From contig JBEBKA010000004.1 in NCBI GenBank assembly GCA_040079595.1, positions 875-64,874 on the forward strand: a DNA stretch of 64,000 nt, in the 5' to 3' direction. Positions within the stretch are counted from its first letter, which is position 1, and the number at the start of each line of letters is the position of its first letter. This document shows positions 1-10,002 of this stretch, one piece after another. The translations under genes were made by a program, and so were the position numbers. Origin of the DNA: Gallionella sp. Its GTDB lineage: Bacteria > Pseudomonadota > Gammaproteobacteria > Burkholderiales > Gallionellaceae. Below the pieces are notes generated by a model, which did no database searches, was not told where the DNA came from, and worked only from the letters and a program-made list of their open reading frames with translations.

Positions 1-543
1 CTACCTGGCGTACACAGTCAAATTGGCCAGCATTTCGACAATACAGAACTCAGTGATGAACATTCTGAAAATCTGCTCCCGAATATTGCCGGCATTTATG
101 GTCTTGGTTTATCAATGCACTATTCCCTGAGTTGCGTACTCTATCACGGCTGTTTTCTGAATGAGTTAATTGAGCGTATTCGCGATGGCGATGACAAGGC
201 TTTATTCGATGCTGTCCGTATTGATCCGACTATCATTGGCTGCATATCTGTGAGCTTTAGAATCAGCAAGGCGGCGTTATTGCAGGACAACAGCTTCTTT
301 GCCAAGCTCAAGGCAGCCATAAGCGGCAAAATGGCAAAACGTGAGCAAGCCAACTTCCAGAAGATGCGCCTCGTGTTTGAAGTGCTGCATGAAGCGGGCG
401 CAACCCGTCTAAACGATTTCCAACTCCAACAGTTATTCGTTCAGGAATTAGGCCTATATGCCAGCAATGCCAAAGGTGGCGGCAATACCAAAGCCTTACG
501 CAAATTCGCTGACACTTACATGAAGAAAAGCTCAACCACCTAA
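1..543 (+). CDS. Hypothetical protein of the integrated element (5' truncated by window edge)
   Basis: The frame of ORF 115..543 is open back to base 1 (LPGVHSQIGQ...); no recognisable motif. Confidence 0.6.
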   Translation, partial: LPGVHSQIGQHFDNTELSDEHSENLLPNIAGIYGLGLSMHYSLSCVLYHGCFLNELIERIRDGDDKALFDAVRIDPTIIGCISVSFRISKAALLQDNSFFAKLKAAISGKMAKREQANFQKMRLVFEVLHEAGATRLNDFQLQQLFVQELGLYASNAKGGGNTKALRKFADTYMKKSSTT

Positions 544-646
544 AAGTTCGTTTTTTGGGTGGAAGCTTGTTTGCCTGTCGAAGTATTAAATCCCCAACCG
601 TTGCGGAAAGCATTTGCATGTCCGCCAATGGTCCAGGAGATTTATC

Positions 647-2005
647 ATGCAGCAAAAACCATCAGCTAATGCTTTAGTTGGTTCTGATAGCACATCACCG
701 CCTCAAGTCACCGCAGCCGTGCGAGAGCACGACCGTGTACACGCGCAGCGTGTGCCGGTCGGGCAAGAGCTCGGTGAGGATGGAAAGGGTTCGTCGCCTA
801 CTAACAGAGAACCCTATAACAGCAATAATGATTACTTCAAGCTCTTAAGATTTGGGGTTGATAGTCTGTACCTCTCCTATCAGGGAGATATTTTTCCAGA
901 GGTGCAGGAGCGTTTAACCAAGCTCAAGCAACTCGCACAGCATTCTGAGGCAGATCAGCAAGCTCTTGCGCAATACACCATCGCGGGGCATATCTTCGAG
1001 GTTAAGGATAAAGGCTCGTCGGTGTTCCCCTATGTGCTGGAAGATGGTGCATTTCGCATTCAGCTATCCAGAGCATCCAAGCAGTTGCCTATGGCCTACG
1101 TGAAGCTATCCTCCCGCTATCTGTCCAGCGTCACCCCCAAGGAAGCAGAAGAGCATCTACGCAGCATCCTGAATGAACTTGGCACGCTAACGGATTCGGC
1201 GCATGTCAGCCGCCTCGATCTGTGTGCTGATTTTGTCTCAAATGAGAATATGGAATCATGGGGACGTGAGGCATGGGTAACACGCGGCAAAAATATTGCC
1301 GCTTACGCTGTTAACGAGCAGTTCACAGGCTGGACAGTCGGCTTGGGTGGCGTCATCGCCTGCCGTTTGTATAACAAGCTGCTGGAGATTATTGAAAGTG
1401 GTCGCGATGATCTTCTCCCGTTATGGCTGGCATCAGGATGGCAGGCTGGCGATCCCATCTGGCGGGTTGAGTTTCAATTCAGGCGCGAAGCAATGGCACA
1501 GCATGGCCTTGTCAGCCTCGATAGTGTGATGGCTAATCTAAACGGCTTATGGAGCTATGCTTCAACGGAATGGCTGCGCCTGACCTTACCCAACCCAGAC
1601 GACCAGACACGCTCACGCTGGCCCATCCATCCTTTGTGGGGATACCTATCCTCCGTTGATTGGGAAACCGACGGAGGCCCTCTTTCAAGGTCATTCAATG
1701 CCACCCGATTGCCCGAGGACAAGCGGATATTTTCATTGGGAGCAAGTTCGATTGCTTCGTACATGGCAAGGCATGGCATCACGGACTATAGCCTCGGCCT
1801 TGATCGTTATTTGTTTGACCTATACAGCCATCTGCAAACCAGCGGGCAATTTATGGGCTTGTCTGCGGAAGACTTTCTCCTTGAAAAAGTCCGTCTGCGT
1901 GCGAAGGAATTCAACACGATATTGAATATCTCCGAGGAAGAAGAAAAGTTCTTAGCCTTGGAAAGAGCCACAGCAGCTTATCGCAAGGCCTCGAAGGGCG
2001 GTTAA
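647..2005 (+). CDS. Replication initiation protein, Rep_trans family
   Basis: Motifs GVDSLYLSY, SRLDLCADF, RLYNKLLEI, IWRVEFQFRRE; AGGAG RBS before ATG 647. Confidence 0.75.
   Translation: MQQKPSANALVGSDSTSPPQVTAAVREHDRVHAQRVPVGQELGEDGKGSSPTNREPYNSNNDYFKLLRFGVDSLYLSYQGDIFPEVQERLTKLKQLAQHSEADQQALAQYTIAGHIFEVKDKGSSVFPYVLEDGAFRIQLSRASKQLPMAYVKLSSRYLSSVTPKEAEEHLRSILNELGTLTDSAHVSRLDLCADFVSNENMESWGREAWVTRGKNIAAYAVNEQFTGWTVGLGGVIACRLYNKLLEIIESGRDDLLPLWLASGWQAGDPIWRVEFQFRREAMAQHGLVSLDSVMANLNGLWSYASTEWLRLTLPNPDDQTRSRWPIHPLWGYLSSVDWETDGGPLSRSFNATRLPEDKRIFSLGASSIASYMARHGITDYSLGLDRYLFDLYSHLQTSGQFMGLSAEDFLLEKVRLRAKEFNTILNISEEEEKFLALERATAAYRKASKGG
786..815 (+). other. Candidate rolling-circle nick site (dso/oriT) hairpin inside rep
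   Basis: AGGGTTC...GAACCCT stem enclosing CTAACAG (801-807), the core seen at Rep_trans/MOBT nick sites. Confidence 0.5.
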
Positions 2006-2331
2006 TGATGGACAAGCGCGGCTATAACTGCCAAGAGGCGGCGTATTACCTCGGAATCAAGCGTCGCGCATTCGATAAACATTTTCGTCCGCTTCTTGCT
2101 GGTATCCGCATCGGCACATCGCTGATCTTCGACCGATTTGACCTCGACCGCGTTTTAGAAGAGCATATCCATGGGAACGAGCGGCCTATGGAGAAAGGAG
2201 GTATCACATGGGCCAAGCTCAAACTGGCATCAACCAGGACAAGCAGAACTTCTGGTGTGTCGACCGGATATACAAAGGCACTCGACTTCGCAACCGTTTC
2301 AAGTCGTTTAAAGAAGCCGAAAGCTGGTTGA
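2005..2331 (+). CDS. HTH DNA-binding protein, likely excisionase
   Basis: N-terminal YNCQEAAYYLGIKRRAFDKH HTH; lies between rep and integrase. Confidence 0.6.
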   Translation: MMDKRGYNCQEAAYYLGIKRRAFDKHFRPLLAGIRIGTSLIFDRFDLDRVLEEHIHGNERPMEKGGITWAKLKLASTRTSRTSGVSTGYTKALDFATVSSRLKKPKAG

Positions 2332-3335
2332 TTTATCAACTGGAACAACTTCGACAATTGCACCTGTTCGGGATTCGTCCCAAACGGACGTTTGATGAAG
2401 CTGCCGCAAAATATCTGCTCGACCATCAGGAAAAAGTGTCGATCAATCTCGACATCTATCTGCTGGAAAGGTTGATGCCCTTTATAGGTAAGTTGACGCT
2501 CGATCGGATACACGATGGAACGCTGGCATCTTATGTGAAGGATCGGAAAGCTCGAAAGCTGGCGAATAAAACCATTAACTTGGGGCTGGAGCTGGTTAGA
2601 AGGATTCTTAACCTTGCTGCACGCAGTTGGCGTGATGAGGATGGGATAACGTGGTTAGAAACACCTCCCCTCATCTCCGTCCTGCCGCTCATAGGCTTTC
2701 AGCGCGAACCTCGTCCCATCACCTGGACAGAACAACGGCGCATCATGCCGTTACTGCCGGATCATCTCGCAAAGATGGTCCTGTTCGATTTGAACACGGG
2801 TGCAAGGGATGAGGTGGTGTGTGGTCTGAAATGGGAATGGGAAATCGCCATTCCTGAACTTGGTGTATCAGTGTTTGATATTCCAAGGGAGAACGTCAAG
2901 GGTCGGAAACGTGGTCGCGTTCTGGTCTGCAATACGGTGGCTCAAAGCATCATCGAAGCACAGCGCGGAAAACATCCCGAGTTTGTGTTTCCCTTTCGGG
3001 GTCATCGTGTCGAGACTATGAATAACACCGCATGGCAAAGAACGCGAAGGATTGCAGGAATTCCCGATCTGCATATTCACGATCTGCGCCATACGGTGGG
3101 AATGCGACTACGTGAGGCTGGAGTTAGAGAAGAGACGATTGCAGACATTTTGTGGCATGCCCGACAAGGTATGACAGCTCATTATTCGGTGGTACAGATT
3201 GATGAACTGGTGGAGGCATTAAACCGCATCAATAATGAAGGCAGTCGGATCAATCGTAGCCTTGCAATGATCCGTAGGGAGCAGCTTGATGGTAAAAGTC
3301 ACCCAAAAGTCACCATCAAAAGAAAAATGGGCTAG
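2208..3335 (+). CDS. int: Tyrosine recombinase/integrase
   Basis: LNTGARDE (R), HDLRHT (HxxR), WHA and HYS (catalytic Y); GGAGG RBS; adjacent to tRNA. Confidence 0.9.
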   Translation: MGQAQTGINQDKQNFWCVDRIYKGTRLRNRFKSFKEAESWLIYQLEQLRQLHLFGIRPKRTFDEAAAKYLLDHQEKVSINLDIYLLERLMPFIGKLTLDRIHDGTLASYVKDRKARKLANKTINLGLELVRRILNLAARSWRDEDGITWLETPPLISVLPLIGFQREPRPITWTEQRRIMPLLPDHLAKMVLFDLNTGARDEVVCGLKWEWEIAIPELGVSVFDIPRENVKGRKRGRVLVCNTVAQSIIEAQRGKHPEFVFPFRGHRVETMNNTAWQRTRRIAGIPDLHIHDLRHTVGMRLREAGVREETIADILWHARQGMTAHYSVVQIDELVEALNRINNEGSRINRSLAMIRREQLDGKSHPKVTIKRKMG

Positions 3336-3365
3336 ACCGTTTCTGATCTAACCCATTGACTAATT

Positions 3366-3442
3366 TGGTAGGCACGAATGGACTCGAACCATCGACCCCT
3401 TGGATGTCGACCAAGTGCTCTAACCAGCTGAGCTACGCGCCT
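3366..3442 (-). tRNA. tRNA-Val(GAC)
   Basis: Reverse complement folds as cloverleaf: AGGCGCG/CGTGCCT acceptor, CTTGG-TCGACAT-CCAAG anticodon arm, TTCGAGT T loop, encoded CCA. Confidence 0.95.
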
Positions 3443-3454
3443 AAAACAACGCGC

Positions 3455-3482
3455 ATTGTATCCGAAAGTGTATCGACTTCAA
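3455..3482 (-). promoter_or_regulatory. Sigma70 promoter of tRNA-Val
   Basis: TTGAAG-N16-TACAAT followed by GC-rich discriminator GCGCG. Confidence 0.6.
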
Positions 3483-3543
3483 ACATAATTACGCGATTCT
3501 CAGTATCCACCTGATGCCAAATTATCAACGCTACGAAATTCAC

Positions 3544-4094
3544 CTACTCAGCCTCAGCGTTTGATTCAGGAAATTTTGGAACTGCTGAACATTCAGATTC
3601 GTAATGCTTACTCCATGGCGAACGCTTTGTGGATTTTTTGTTAAGTTCTGGCTTCCAGCGAAGAATGAGGAATTCTTCAAGTTCAGCTCGCCCAAACTGA
3701 ACCTCAATAAACGAAACTACGTAGCATTCCGCCATTGCTGCACTCAGAGCAGCCTCGTCGTTTGCAGGCATCCCCAATTCTTTCGCAACCTTGCGTCTAA
3801 ATGTGTGATTTTTTGTTTTTCCGATATCTCACATGCGAGATTTAAGCGAAGAGGTCTCACCGATATAGGCAAGGTTCTTCTTGATGATGTCCCAAATAGC
3901 ATAGACACCCGGATTTTCGGGTATGCCATCAGCCCACAAGAATCTCGTGGCTTGAACATCTGTCCCGCTCGTTTCTGCTCTAAAGCCTTCCCCATCTCTT
4001 CAAGCTTCTTTAGCACAGCGGCATCTATGCCAACGTCAGGAAGAGCATCCACGCTCAAGATTACATTGGGTTGAGTTAGCTTGTGTGTTCGCAT
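3544..4094 (-). pseudogene. GIY-YIG nuclease pseudogene (one frameshift plus one TGA)
   Basis: Alternate frame reads IPENPGVYAIWDIIKKNLAYIGETSSLKSRM*DIGK...RAELEEFLILRWKPELNK; joins ORFs 3744..4094 and 3544..3777. Confidence 0.75.
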
Positions 4095-4173
4095 ATTTGT
4101 TAGTGATAGCTTTCCACCTGGTTATGGGTTTAAACGGGTTGCAATAAGGCAGGCAGCAATCAGCATGACGAAC

Positions 4174-5556
4174 TCAATATCCACCCGAAGCCAAATTATC
4201 GAAGCGGGTATATTCACCTCGAAATGCAAGTGACACCATTCCAATAGGTCCATTACGCTGCTTACCTATAATGATTTCGGCTTTGCCTTTGTCGGGGGAG
4301 TCGTTGTTATAGACCTCATCGCGGTAAATAAACAAAATTAAATCGGCATCTTGTTCAATCGCGCCGGACTCACGCAAATCGGACATTACGGGGCGTTTAT
4401 TGGGGCGTTGTTCCAAGCTGCGGTTCAATTGCGATAACGCAATGACGGGTACATGTAACTCCTTTGCCAATGCTTTTAGCGAACGAGATATTTCTGAAAT
4501 TTCGGTCGCGCGATTTTCACTCGCCTTGCCTACGTTGGAACTCATCAACTGAATGTAATCGATAACAATTAAGCCCAATCCACCATGCGTCCGATGCAGG
4601 CGGCGTGAGCGCGCGCGCAGCTCCAAGGCAGACAGTGCCGCACTTTCGTCGATAAAGATAGGCGCGTCATTCAGCTTGCCCAGTGCGTGGGTTAAACGGC
4701 CCCAATCGTCATCCTGCAATTTACCCGTGCGCAAATCATGTTGATTGAGCTTGCCCACCGAACCCAACATACGCATCACCAGCTGCGAGCCTCCCATTTC
4801 CATACTGAAAATTGCTACGGGCAATTTGCTGTCCAATGCGACATTTTCGGCGATGTTGATGGAGAACGCCGTTTTACCCATACTGGGACGACCCGCGACA
4901 ATGATCAAATCGCCAGGCTGCAAACCAGAAGTCATGCGATCCAAATCGGTAAACCCCGTCGCCGTGCCGGTTACATCGCTGCTGTTATCGCGCCCGTACA
5001 ATGTCTCGATACGCTCGACCACCTGAGTTAACAGCGGTGGCATCGACATAAATCCTTGCTTGCCTCGCGAACCTGCTTCGGCGATCTCAAATACTTTTTT
5101 CTCGGCTTCATCGAGCAGTTGTGCGGCATCGCGCCCCGTTGGGTTGTAAGCACTACTGGAAATATCGCTACCCACTTCCACTAGTTTTCGCATGATAGAA
5201 CGCTCGCGCACAATCTCGCCATAGCGTCGCACATTGGCAGCAGACGGTACATTCTGCGCCAATCCACCCAAATACGGCAAGCCGCCCACATCCCCTAATT
5301 TCCCTGCAATCTCCAATGCCTCAGCCACCGTGATGACATCAATCGGTTTTGCCAACTCACTCAGACGCACGATTTGTTGATAGATTAAACGATGCTCTTT
5401 GCGGTAAAAATCACTCTCGTTAATCAAGTCGGCAATTTTGTCTAACGCACTCGATTCGAGCAACAGCCCACCCAATACTGATTGCTCCGCTTCTACCGAG
5501 TTTGGAGGTAATTTGATCTCGTCAATCTGTGCGTCTGAGTTAGAAAAATTTTGCAT
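4174..5556 (-). CDS. dnaB: Replicative DNA helicase
   Basis: LPPNSVEAEQSVLG, GRPSMGKT Walker A, IDYIQLM, SDLRESGAIEQDAD. Confidence 0.97.
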   Translation of the reverse strand: MQNFSNSDAQIDEIKLPPNSVEAEQSVLGGLLLESSALDKIADLINESDFYRKEHRLIYQQIVRLSELAKPIDVITVAEALEIAGKLGDVGGLPYLGGLAQNVPSAANVRRYGEIVRERSIMRKLVEVGSDISSSAYNPTGRDAAQLLDEAEKKVFEIAEAGSRGKQGFMSMPPLLTQVVERIETLYGRDNSSDVTGTATGFTDLDRMTSGLQPGDLIIVAGRPSMGKTAFSINIAENVALDSKLPVAIFSMEMGGSQLVMRMLGSVGKLNQHDLRTGKLQDDDWGRLTHALGKLNDAPIFIDESAALSALELRARSRRLHRTHGGLGLIVIDYIQLMSSNVGKASENRATEISEISRSLKALAKELHVPVIALSQLNRSLEQRPNKRPVMSDLRESGAIEQDADLILFIYRDEVYNNDSPDKGKAEIIIGKQRNGPIGMVSLAFRGEYTRFDNLASGGY

Positions 5557-5792
5557 TTTGGGAAATCGGCAGGTTGACCTTTGACTAAGCGGGCATTTTA
5601 ACCTGCCCACTCATAAATACGGAAAACAAAAAGTATCTTCCCCTTCATTTTGAGGTATCGCTAAGAACATGAGATACACGCTTTGCCGCTATGCTGGCTA
5701 TAATGACGAAGCGACGATATATTTTTTGCAGTGTTCGAAGTTGGCTTAGTAAATTTTTGCAAACCCGTTTTAATAATTGATTTGAGATAACG

Positions 5793-7436
5793 ATGTCGAA
5801 ACTCACCCAGTCCTCGGCTTGGCAAGCCCTTAGCTCACATTACACCGTCATCAAGTCACAGCAGATGCGTCAGATGTTTCAAGACGATCCGACACGTTTT
5901 GAAAAATTATCGCTGAAATTGAATGGGTTGCTTTTCGACTATTCAAAAAACCGCATCAATGATGAAACGATCAAACTGTTGCTAACACTGGCTGAACAGG
6001 CTGGATTACCTAGCCATGTCGAACAGATGTTTAGCGGTGACAAAATCAACTCGACCGAGCAGCGTGCCGCACTGCACACCGCATTACGCAACCGTTCTGA
6101 ACAGCCTGTATTAGTCGATGGCACGGATGTAATGCCCGATATACGGCGTGTATTGAAGTTGATGCGAAAATTTTCTGATGCAGTGCGCGGTGGTCAACAT
6201 ATTGGTCACACTGGCAAAGTCATCCGTGACGTTGTGAACATCGGCATCGGCGGCTCAGACCTAGGGCCATTGATGGTATGTGAAGCACTCAAGCCCTTCG
6301 GCAAAGCTGACCTGAAGGTGCATTTTGTTTCCAACATCGACAGCGCGCATCTGCTGGAAACACTCAAGAAGTTAAACGCGGAAACCACCTTATTCATCGT
6401 CAGTTCAAAAACCTTCACCACGCAGGAAACCCTCACCAATGCACGTTCTGCGCGTGCTTGGCTAGTGGAAAAGTTGGGGGATGAAGCATCTGTTGAAAAA
6501 CACTTTGCGGCGATCTCTACCAATCTTGAAGCGACTTCAAAGTTCGGCATCAACCCAGACAATGTATTCGAGTTTTGGGACTGGGTCGGTGGTCGTTACT
6601 CGCTGTGGTCGGCAATTGGTTTGCCCATTGCGCTGTATGTCGGCATGGATAAATTCGAGGAATTGCTGGGTGGTGCGCACGAGATGGATAAACATTTCCG
6701 CACCGCGCCGCTTGAAAAAAACATGCCCGTGCTGATGGGCTTGCTGGGGATATGGTATGGCAATTATTTTGGTGTGGGATCCAACGCGGTGTTCCCTTAT
6801 AGCCAATATTTGCACCGCTTTCCGGCCTATCTGCAACAGCTGGATATGGAGAGCAATGGCAAAGGTGTAGATCGTGAAGGCAATGTGGTGGACTACGATA
6901 CGGGCATGACCGTCTGGGGCGAGCCTGGCACGAATGGGCAGCATGCGTTTTACCAACTCATTCACCAAGGTACGCGCCTGATACCCGCAGATTTCCTCGC
7001 TCCGTTACGCAGTCAAAACTCGTTGGGCGATCATCACGCAATTTTGCTCGCCAATTGTTTTGCGCAAACCGAAGCATTGATGGTAGGCAAAACTTCATCC
7101 GAAGCGCGCGCTGAATTAGTTGCCCAAGGTCTGCAAGGTGCGGCACTGGAAGCGTTGCTGCCGCATAAAGTTTTTGCGGGCAATAAACCGACCAACACCC
7201 TACTCTTTGAACAACTCGATGCGCGCACCTTAGGCATGTTGATTGCGCTGTACGAACACAAAGTATTCGTGCAAAGCGTGGTGTGGAACATCAATCCATT
7301 CGACCAATGGGGTGTGGAATTGGGCAAACAACTGGCAGGTAAAATTTTGCCCGAACTGCTCAACAACACGCCCACAGCCTCACCGCACGATGCTTCAACC
7401 AGCGGATTGATTCGACATTACCAGCAGCGTTCCTGA
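5793..7436 (+). CDS. pgi: Glucose-6-phosphate isomerase
   Basis: [34 protein letters not shown]. Confidence 0.97.
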   Translation: MSKLTQSSAWQALSSHYTVIKSQQMRQMFQDDPTRFEKLSLKLNGLLFDYSKNRINDETIKLLLTLAEQAGLPSHVEQMFSGDKINSTEQRAALHTALRNRSEQPVLVDGTDVMPDIRRVLKLMRKFSDAVRGGQHIGHTGKVIRDVVNIGIGGSDLGPLMVCEALKPFGKADLKVHFVSNIDSAHLLETLKKLNAETTLFIVSSKTFTTQETLTNARSARAWLVEKLGDEASVEKHFAAISTNLEATSKFGINPDNVFEFWDWVGGRYSLWSAIGLPIALYVGMDKFEELLGGAHEMDKHFRTAPLEKNMPVLMGLLGIWYGNYFGVGSNAVFPYSQYLHRFPAYLQQLDMESNGKGVDREGNVVDYDTGMTVWGEPGTNGQHAFYQLIHQGTRLIPADFLAPLRSQNSLGDHHAILLANCFAQTEALMVGKTSSEARAELVAQGLQGAALEALLPHKVFAGNKPTNTLLFEQLDARTLGMLIALYEHKVFVQSVVWNINPFDQWGVELGKQLAGKILPELLNNTPTASPHDASTSGLIRHYQQRS

Positions 7437-7441
7437 ACTTC

Positions 7442-8455
7442 ATGCTGCCTGATGCGATAGCGACTGCGGAAAAACATCTGCGCGACATTCTGGCATTGGC
7501 GATACAGCACGATGAAGCGCGGTCTGCTTTGGTTGTGTTTGATACCCGTTCCGACCTTGCGGTCACGCTCACCGCCGCCTATCGCCGCTGCCTGCCGACC
7601 GCCGTATTTATTGATTTTGACGCGGTTACTCCCGAAGCGATTTTTACCGAATTTGCCAAGTTAGTTGCTGCCGATTTAGTGGTGCTGATTCAATCCACCA
7701 ACTTTCGCTTGGAAGCATTTCGCATTCGCGTCGAATTGTTCAAACGCGGTTTCAAGGTAATCGAACACCCGCACCTAGGGCGTATGCCAGATAAACAAGC
7801 CGACTATTACATTGAGTCTCTGGCTTATGACCCCGCGTATTTTCGCGGCGTGGGCAACGCTTTGAAGCAGCGTATTGATAGCGCGGTTCATGGCGTGATT
7901 GATAGCGGCGGCGAACAACTGGCATTTGGCTCACCCTTTGAACCCGCCAAGCTCAACGTCGGCGACTACAGCGAGATGAACAACGTCGGCGGGCAATTCC
8001 CCATCGGTGAAGTGTTTACCGAAGCGCAAGACTTGGAAGCCGTGAACGGACGGGTGCGCATTTTTGCCTTTGGCGATACCTCGTTTTCCACTAACAAACC
8101 CACCCAGCCTATTACTTTAGTCATCAGCAAAGGCAAGGTTGTCGATACGCTCAATTCCACGTCGGAATTTGAGCTCGTGCTTGCCAATATCCGCGCCGAC
8201 GAAGGCGAAGTCTGGCTGCGCGAACTCGGCTTCGGCTTGAACCGCGCGTTCACCCAGAACAAAATTGTCAGCGACATTGGCACGTATGAACGCATGTGCG
8301 GTATCCATTTATCGCTTGGCGCGAAACATGGAGTGTACAGCAAAGAGCTGATTAGACGGGCTACTGCGCGGCATCATGTCGATGTGTTTGCAGTTACGGA
8401 ATCGGTTAGCTTGGGTGATGAGGTTGTTTATTGGGATGGGGCTTGGCAGGTCTAA
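7442..8455 (+). CDS. Peptidase M29/leucyl aminopeptidase-like protein
   Basis: PIGEVFT, RELGFGLN, ERMCGIHLSLG and C-terminal HHVDV resemble the thermophilic-metalloprotease (M29) fold. Confidence 0.5.
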   Translation: MLPDAIATAEKHLRDILALAIQHDEARSALVVFDTRSDLAVTLTAAYRRCLPTAVFIDFDAVTPEAIFTEFAKLVAADLVVLIQSTNFRLEAFRIRVELFKRGFKVIEHPHLGRMPDKQADYYIESLAYDPAYFRGVGNALKQRIDSAVHGVIDSGGEQLAFGSPFEPAKLNVGDYSEMNNVGGQFPIGEVFTEAQDLEAVNGRVRIFAFGDTSFSTNKPTQPITLVISKGKVVDTLNSTSEFELVLANIRADEGEVWLRELGFGLNRAFTQNKIVSDIGTYERMCGIHLSLGAKHGVYSKELIRRATARHHVDVFAVTESVSLGDEVVYWDGAWQV

Positions 8456-8474
8456 CACGATGCTGGTGCTGAGT

Positions 8475-9929
8475 TTATTGAGCCAAGATTTTCCTATACA
8501 CCGCTTGATAAGCCTCTGCACTCACTTCCCAACTGAAATTTTTCGTCATACAATTTTTCTGCAAAGCTTGCCACTGGCTAGGCTGATGATAAAGATTCAC
8601 CGCGCGTTGTATCGTGGCAAATAAATTTTCTGCGGTCATAGCATTAAACGAAAAGCCGCTTGCTGAGCCAGCATTAAGCATTTCCTCGGTGCAATCCACT
8701 ACAGAATCTGCTAATCCACCCGTCTCGTGGACAATAGGTGGTGTGCCGTAGCGTTGGCTATAAAACTGGTTCAGCCCACAGGGTTCAAAACGTGATGGCA
8801 TGACGAATATATCCGAACCCGCTTCGATTAGATGTGAAAGTGACTCGCTGAAACCAATATGCGCGGCAATTTTCCCGGCGTAGCGTTTGGACAATTCCAA
8901 TGCGGCATTCTGCATCGCTACATCACCACTACCGAGCATGACTAACTGCACAGGCAATTCAACCAATCGCGGTGCAATCTCCAGCAATACGTCCAATCCC
9001 TTCTGCTGCGTAAAGCGGCTCACTACACCGAGTAGCGGCACGGAGGAGTCAACTCTCAAGCGCATTCGGTATTGCAACAAACCTTTATTTTCAGACTTAT
9101 GAGACAAATTTTGAGCGTCATATGATCGCTTCAAAAACTTATCCGCAGCAGGATTCCATTCATCGGTGTCTATGCCATTGAGTATGCCCGTGAGGCTATC
9201 ATTACGCTCAGTGAGTAAGCCTTGCAACCCGAAACCTAATTCCGCCTGTTGAATTTCTTTGGCGTAAGTTGGGCTGACCGTGGTGATGTGATTAGCGTAA
9301 ACCAAGCCTGCTTTTAGGAAAGATAGGTTGCCGTAAAACTCCACACCCTGCATAGAAAAACATTCGGGGGGTAACTGCAACTCAGCGACGGTTGTTGGCG
9401 GAAAATTTCCCTGAAAGGCAAGATTATGTATCGTCACCACACTAGGTACAGCACCCTGTAAGAAGTGTAAATAAGCTGGCGCAAGCCCCGTTTGCCAATC
9501 GTTGCAATGGATTAAATCGGGATGCCACTCCAGTGGTGATTCGCCGCTGCCCAACACTGCCGCCACTTTAGACAACAAGCCAAAGCGTAGCGCGTTGTCA
9601 GCCCAATCTTGCCCGCTCGTATTTTGATACGGACCACCCTCGCGCCGAAATAAATCAGGACAATCCAGAACCAATAAAGGCAGACCATTAGCCATTTTCG
9701 TGGACAATAATCGTGCAATCGGAAAGCCTGTTAGTGCACCAAACGTAGCGAGTACCTCATACTCCCCAAGTTGATTGAACACTTGTGTGTAACCTGGCAA
9801 CAGCACCTGCACATCTATGCCAATTGCGCGCAATGCAACGGGCAGAGCGGCACTCACGTCTGCCAGACCACCTGTTTTAATCAGTGGCGCGATTTCTGAA
9901 GTTGCAAACAAAACCTTTAATTTTGGCAT
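8475..9929 (-). CDS. glgA: Glycogen synthase
   Basis: KTGGLADV, HCNDWQT, TIHNLAFQG, PSRFEPCGL. Confidence 0.96.
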   Translation of the reverse strand: MPKLKVLFATSEIAPLIKTGGLADVSAALPVALRAIGIDVQVLLPGYTQVFNQLGEYEVLATFGALTGFPIARLLSTKMANGLPLLVLDCPDLFRREGGPYQNTSGQDWADNALRFGLLSKVAAVLGSGESPLEWHPDLIHCNDWQTGLAPAYLHFLQGAVPSVVTIHNLAFQGNFPPTTVAELQLPPECFSMQGVEFYGNLSFLKAGLVYANHITTVSPTYAKEIQQAELGFGLQGLLTERNDSLTGILNGIDTDEWNPAADKFLKRSYDAQNLSHKSENKGLLQYRMRLRVDSSVPLLGVVSRFTQQKGLDVLLEIAPRLVELPVQLVMLGSGDVAMQNAALELSKRYAGKIAAHIGFSESLSHLIEAGSDIFVMPSRFEPCGLNQFYSQRYGTPPIVHETGGLADSVVDCTEEMLNAGSASGFSFNAMTAENLFATIQRAVNLYHQPSQWQALQKNCMTKNFSWEVSAEAYQAVYRKILAQ

Positions 9930-10002
9930 TTCAAAACAAATGACTTCATTCGTGCGCCATCCTAATTGATTCGTTTTTATTTACAACTGAACTTTATGAA
10001 GT

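Larger units (their letters stand above)
1..3365 (+). mobile_element. Right part of an integrated Rep_trans/tyrosine-integrase element (inovirus-like prophage or integrative mobilizable element) at tRNA-Val 3' end
   Basis: Co-oriented hypothetical-rep-HTH-integrase ending 30 bp from the tRNA CCA end; left boundary lies outside the window. Confidence 0.75.

Noticed and set aside
3336-3400. att direct repeat of the tRNA 3' end
   Set aside because: No second copy in this window; the partner site would lie upstream of base 1, so it cannot be confirmed
3820-3835. TGA in the GIY-YIG frame as selenocysteine or recoding
   Set aside because: The position fits Arg (CGA to TGA) and the gene also has a frameshift, so decay is the simpler explanation
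3604-4074. Plus-strand ORF 3604..4074 and the many ORFs antisense to housekeeping genes
   Set aside because: Shadow frames of genes with clear motifs on the other strand; no independent motifs
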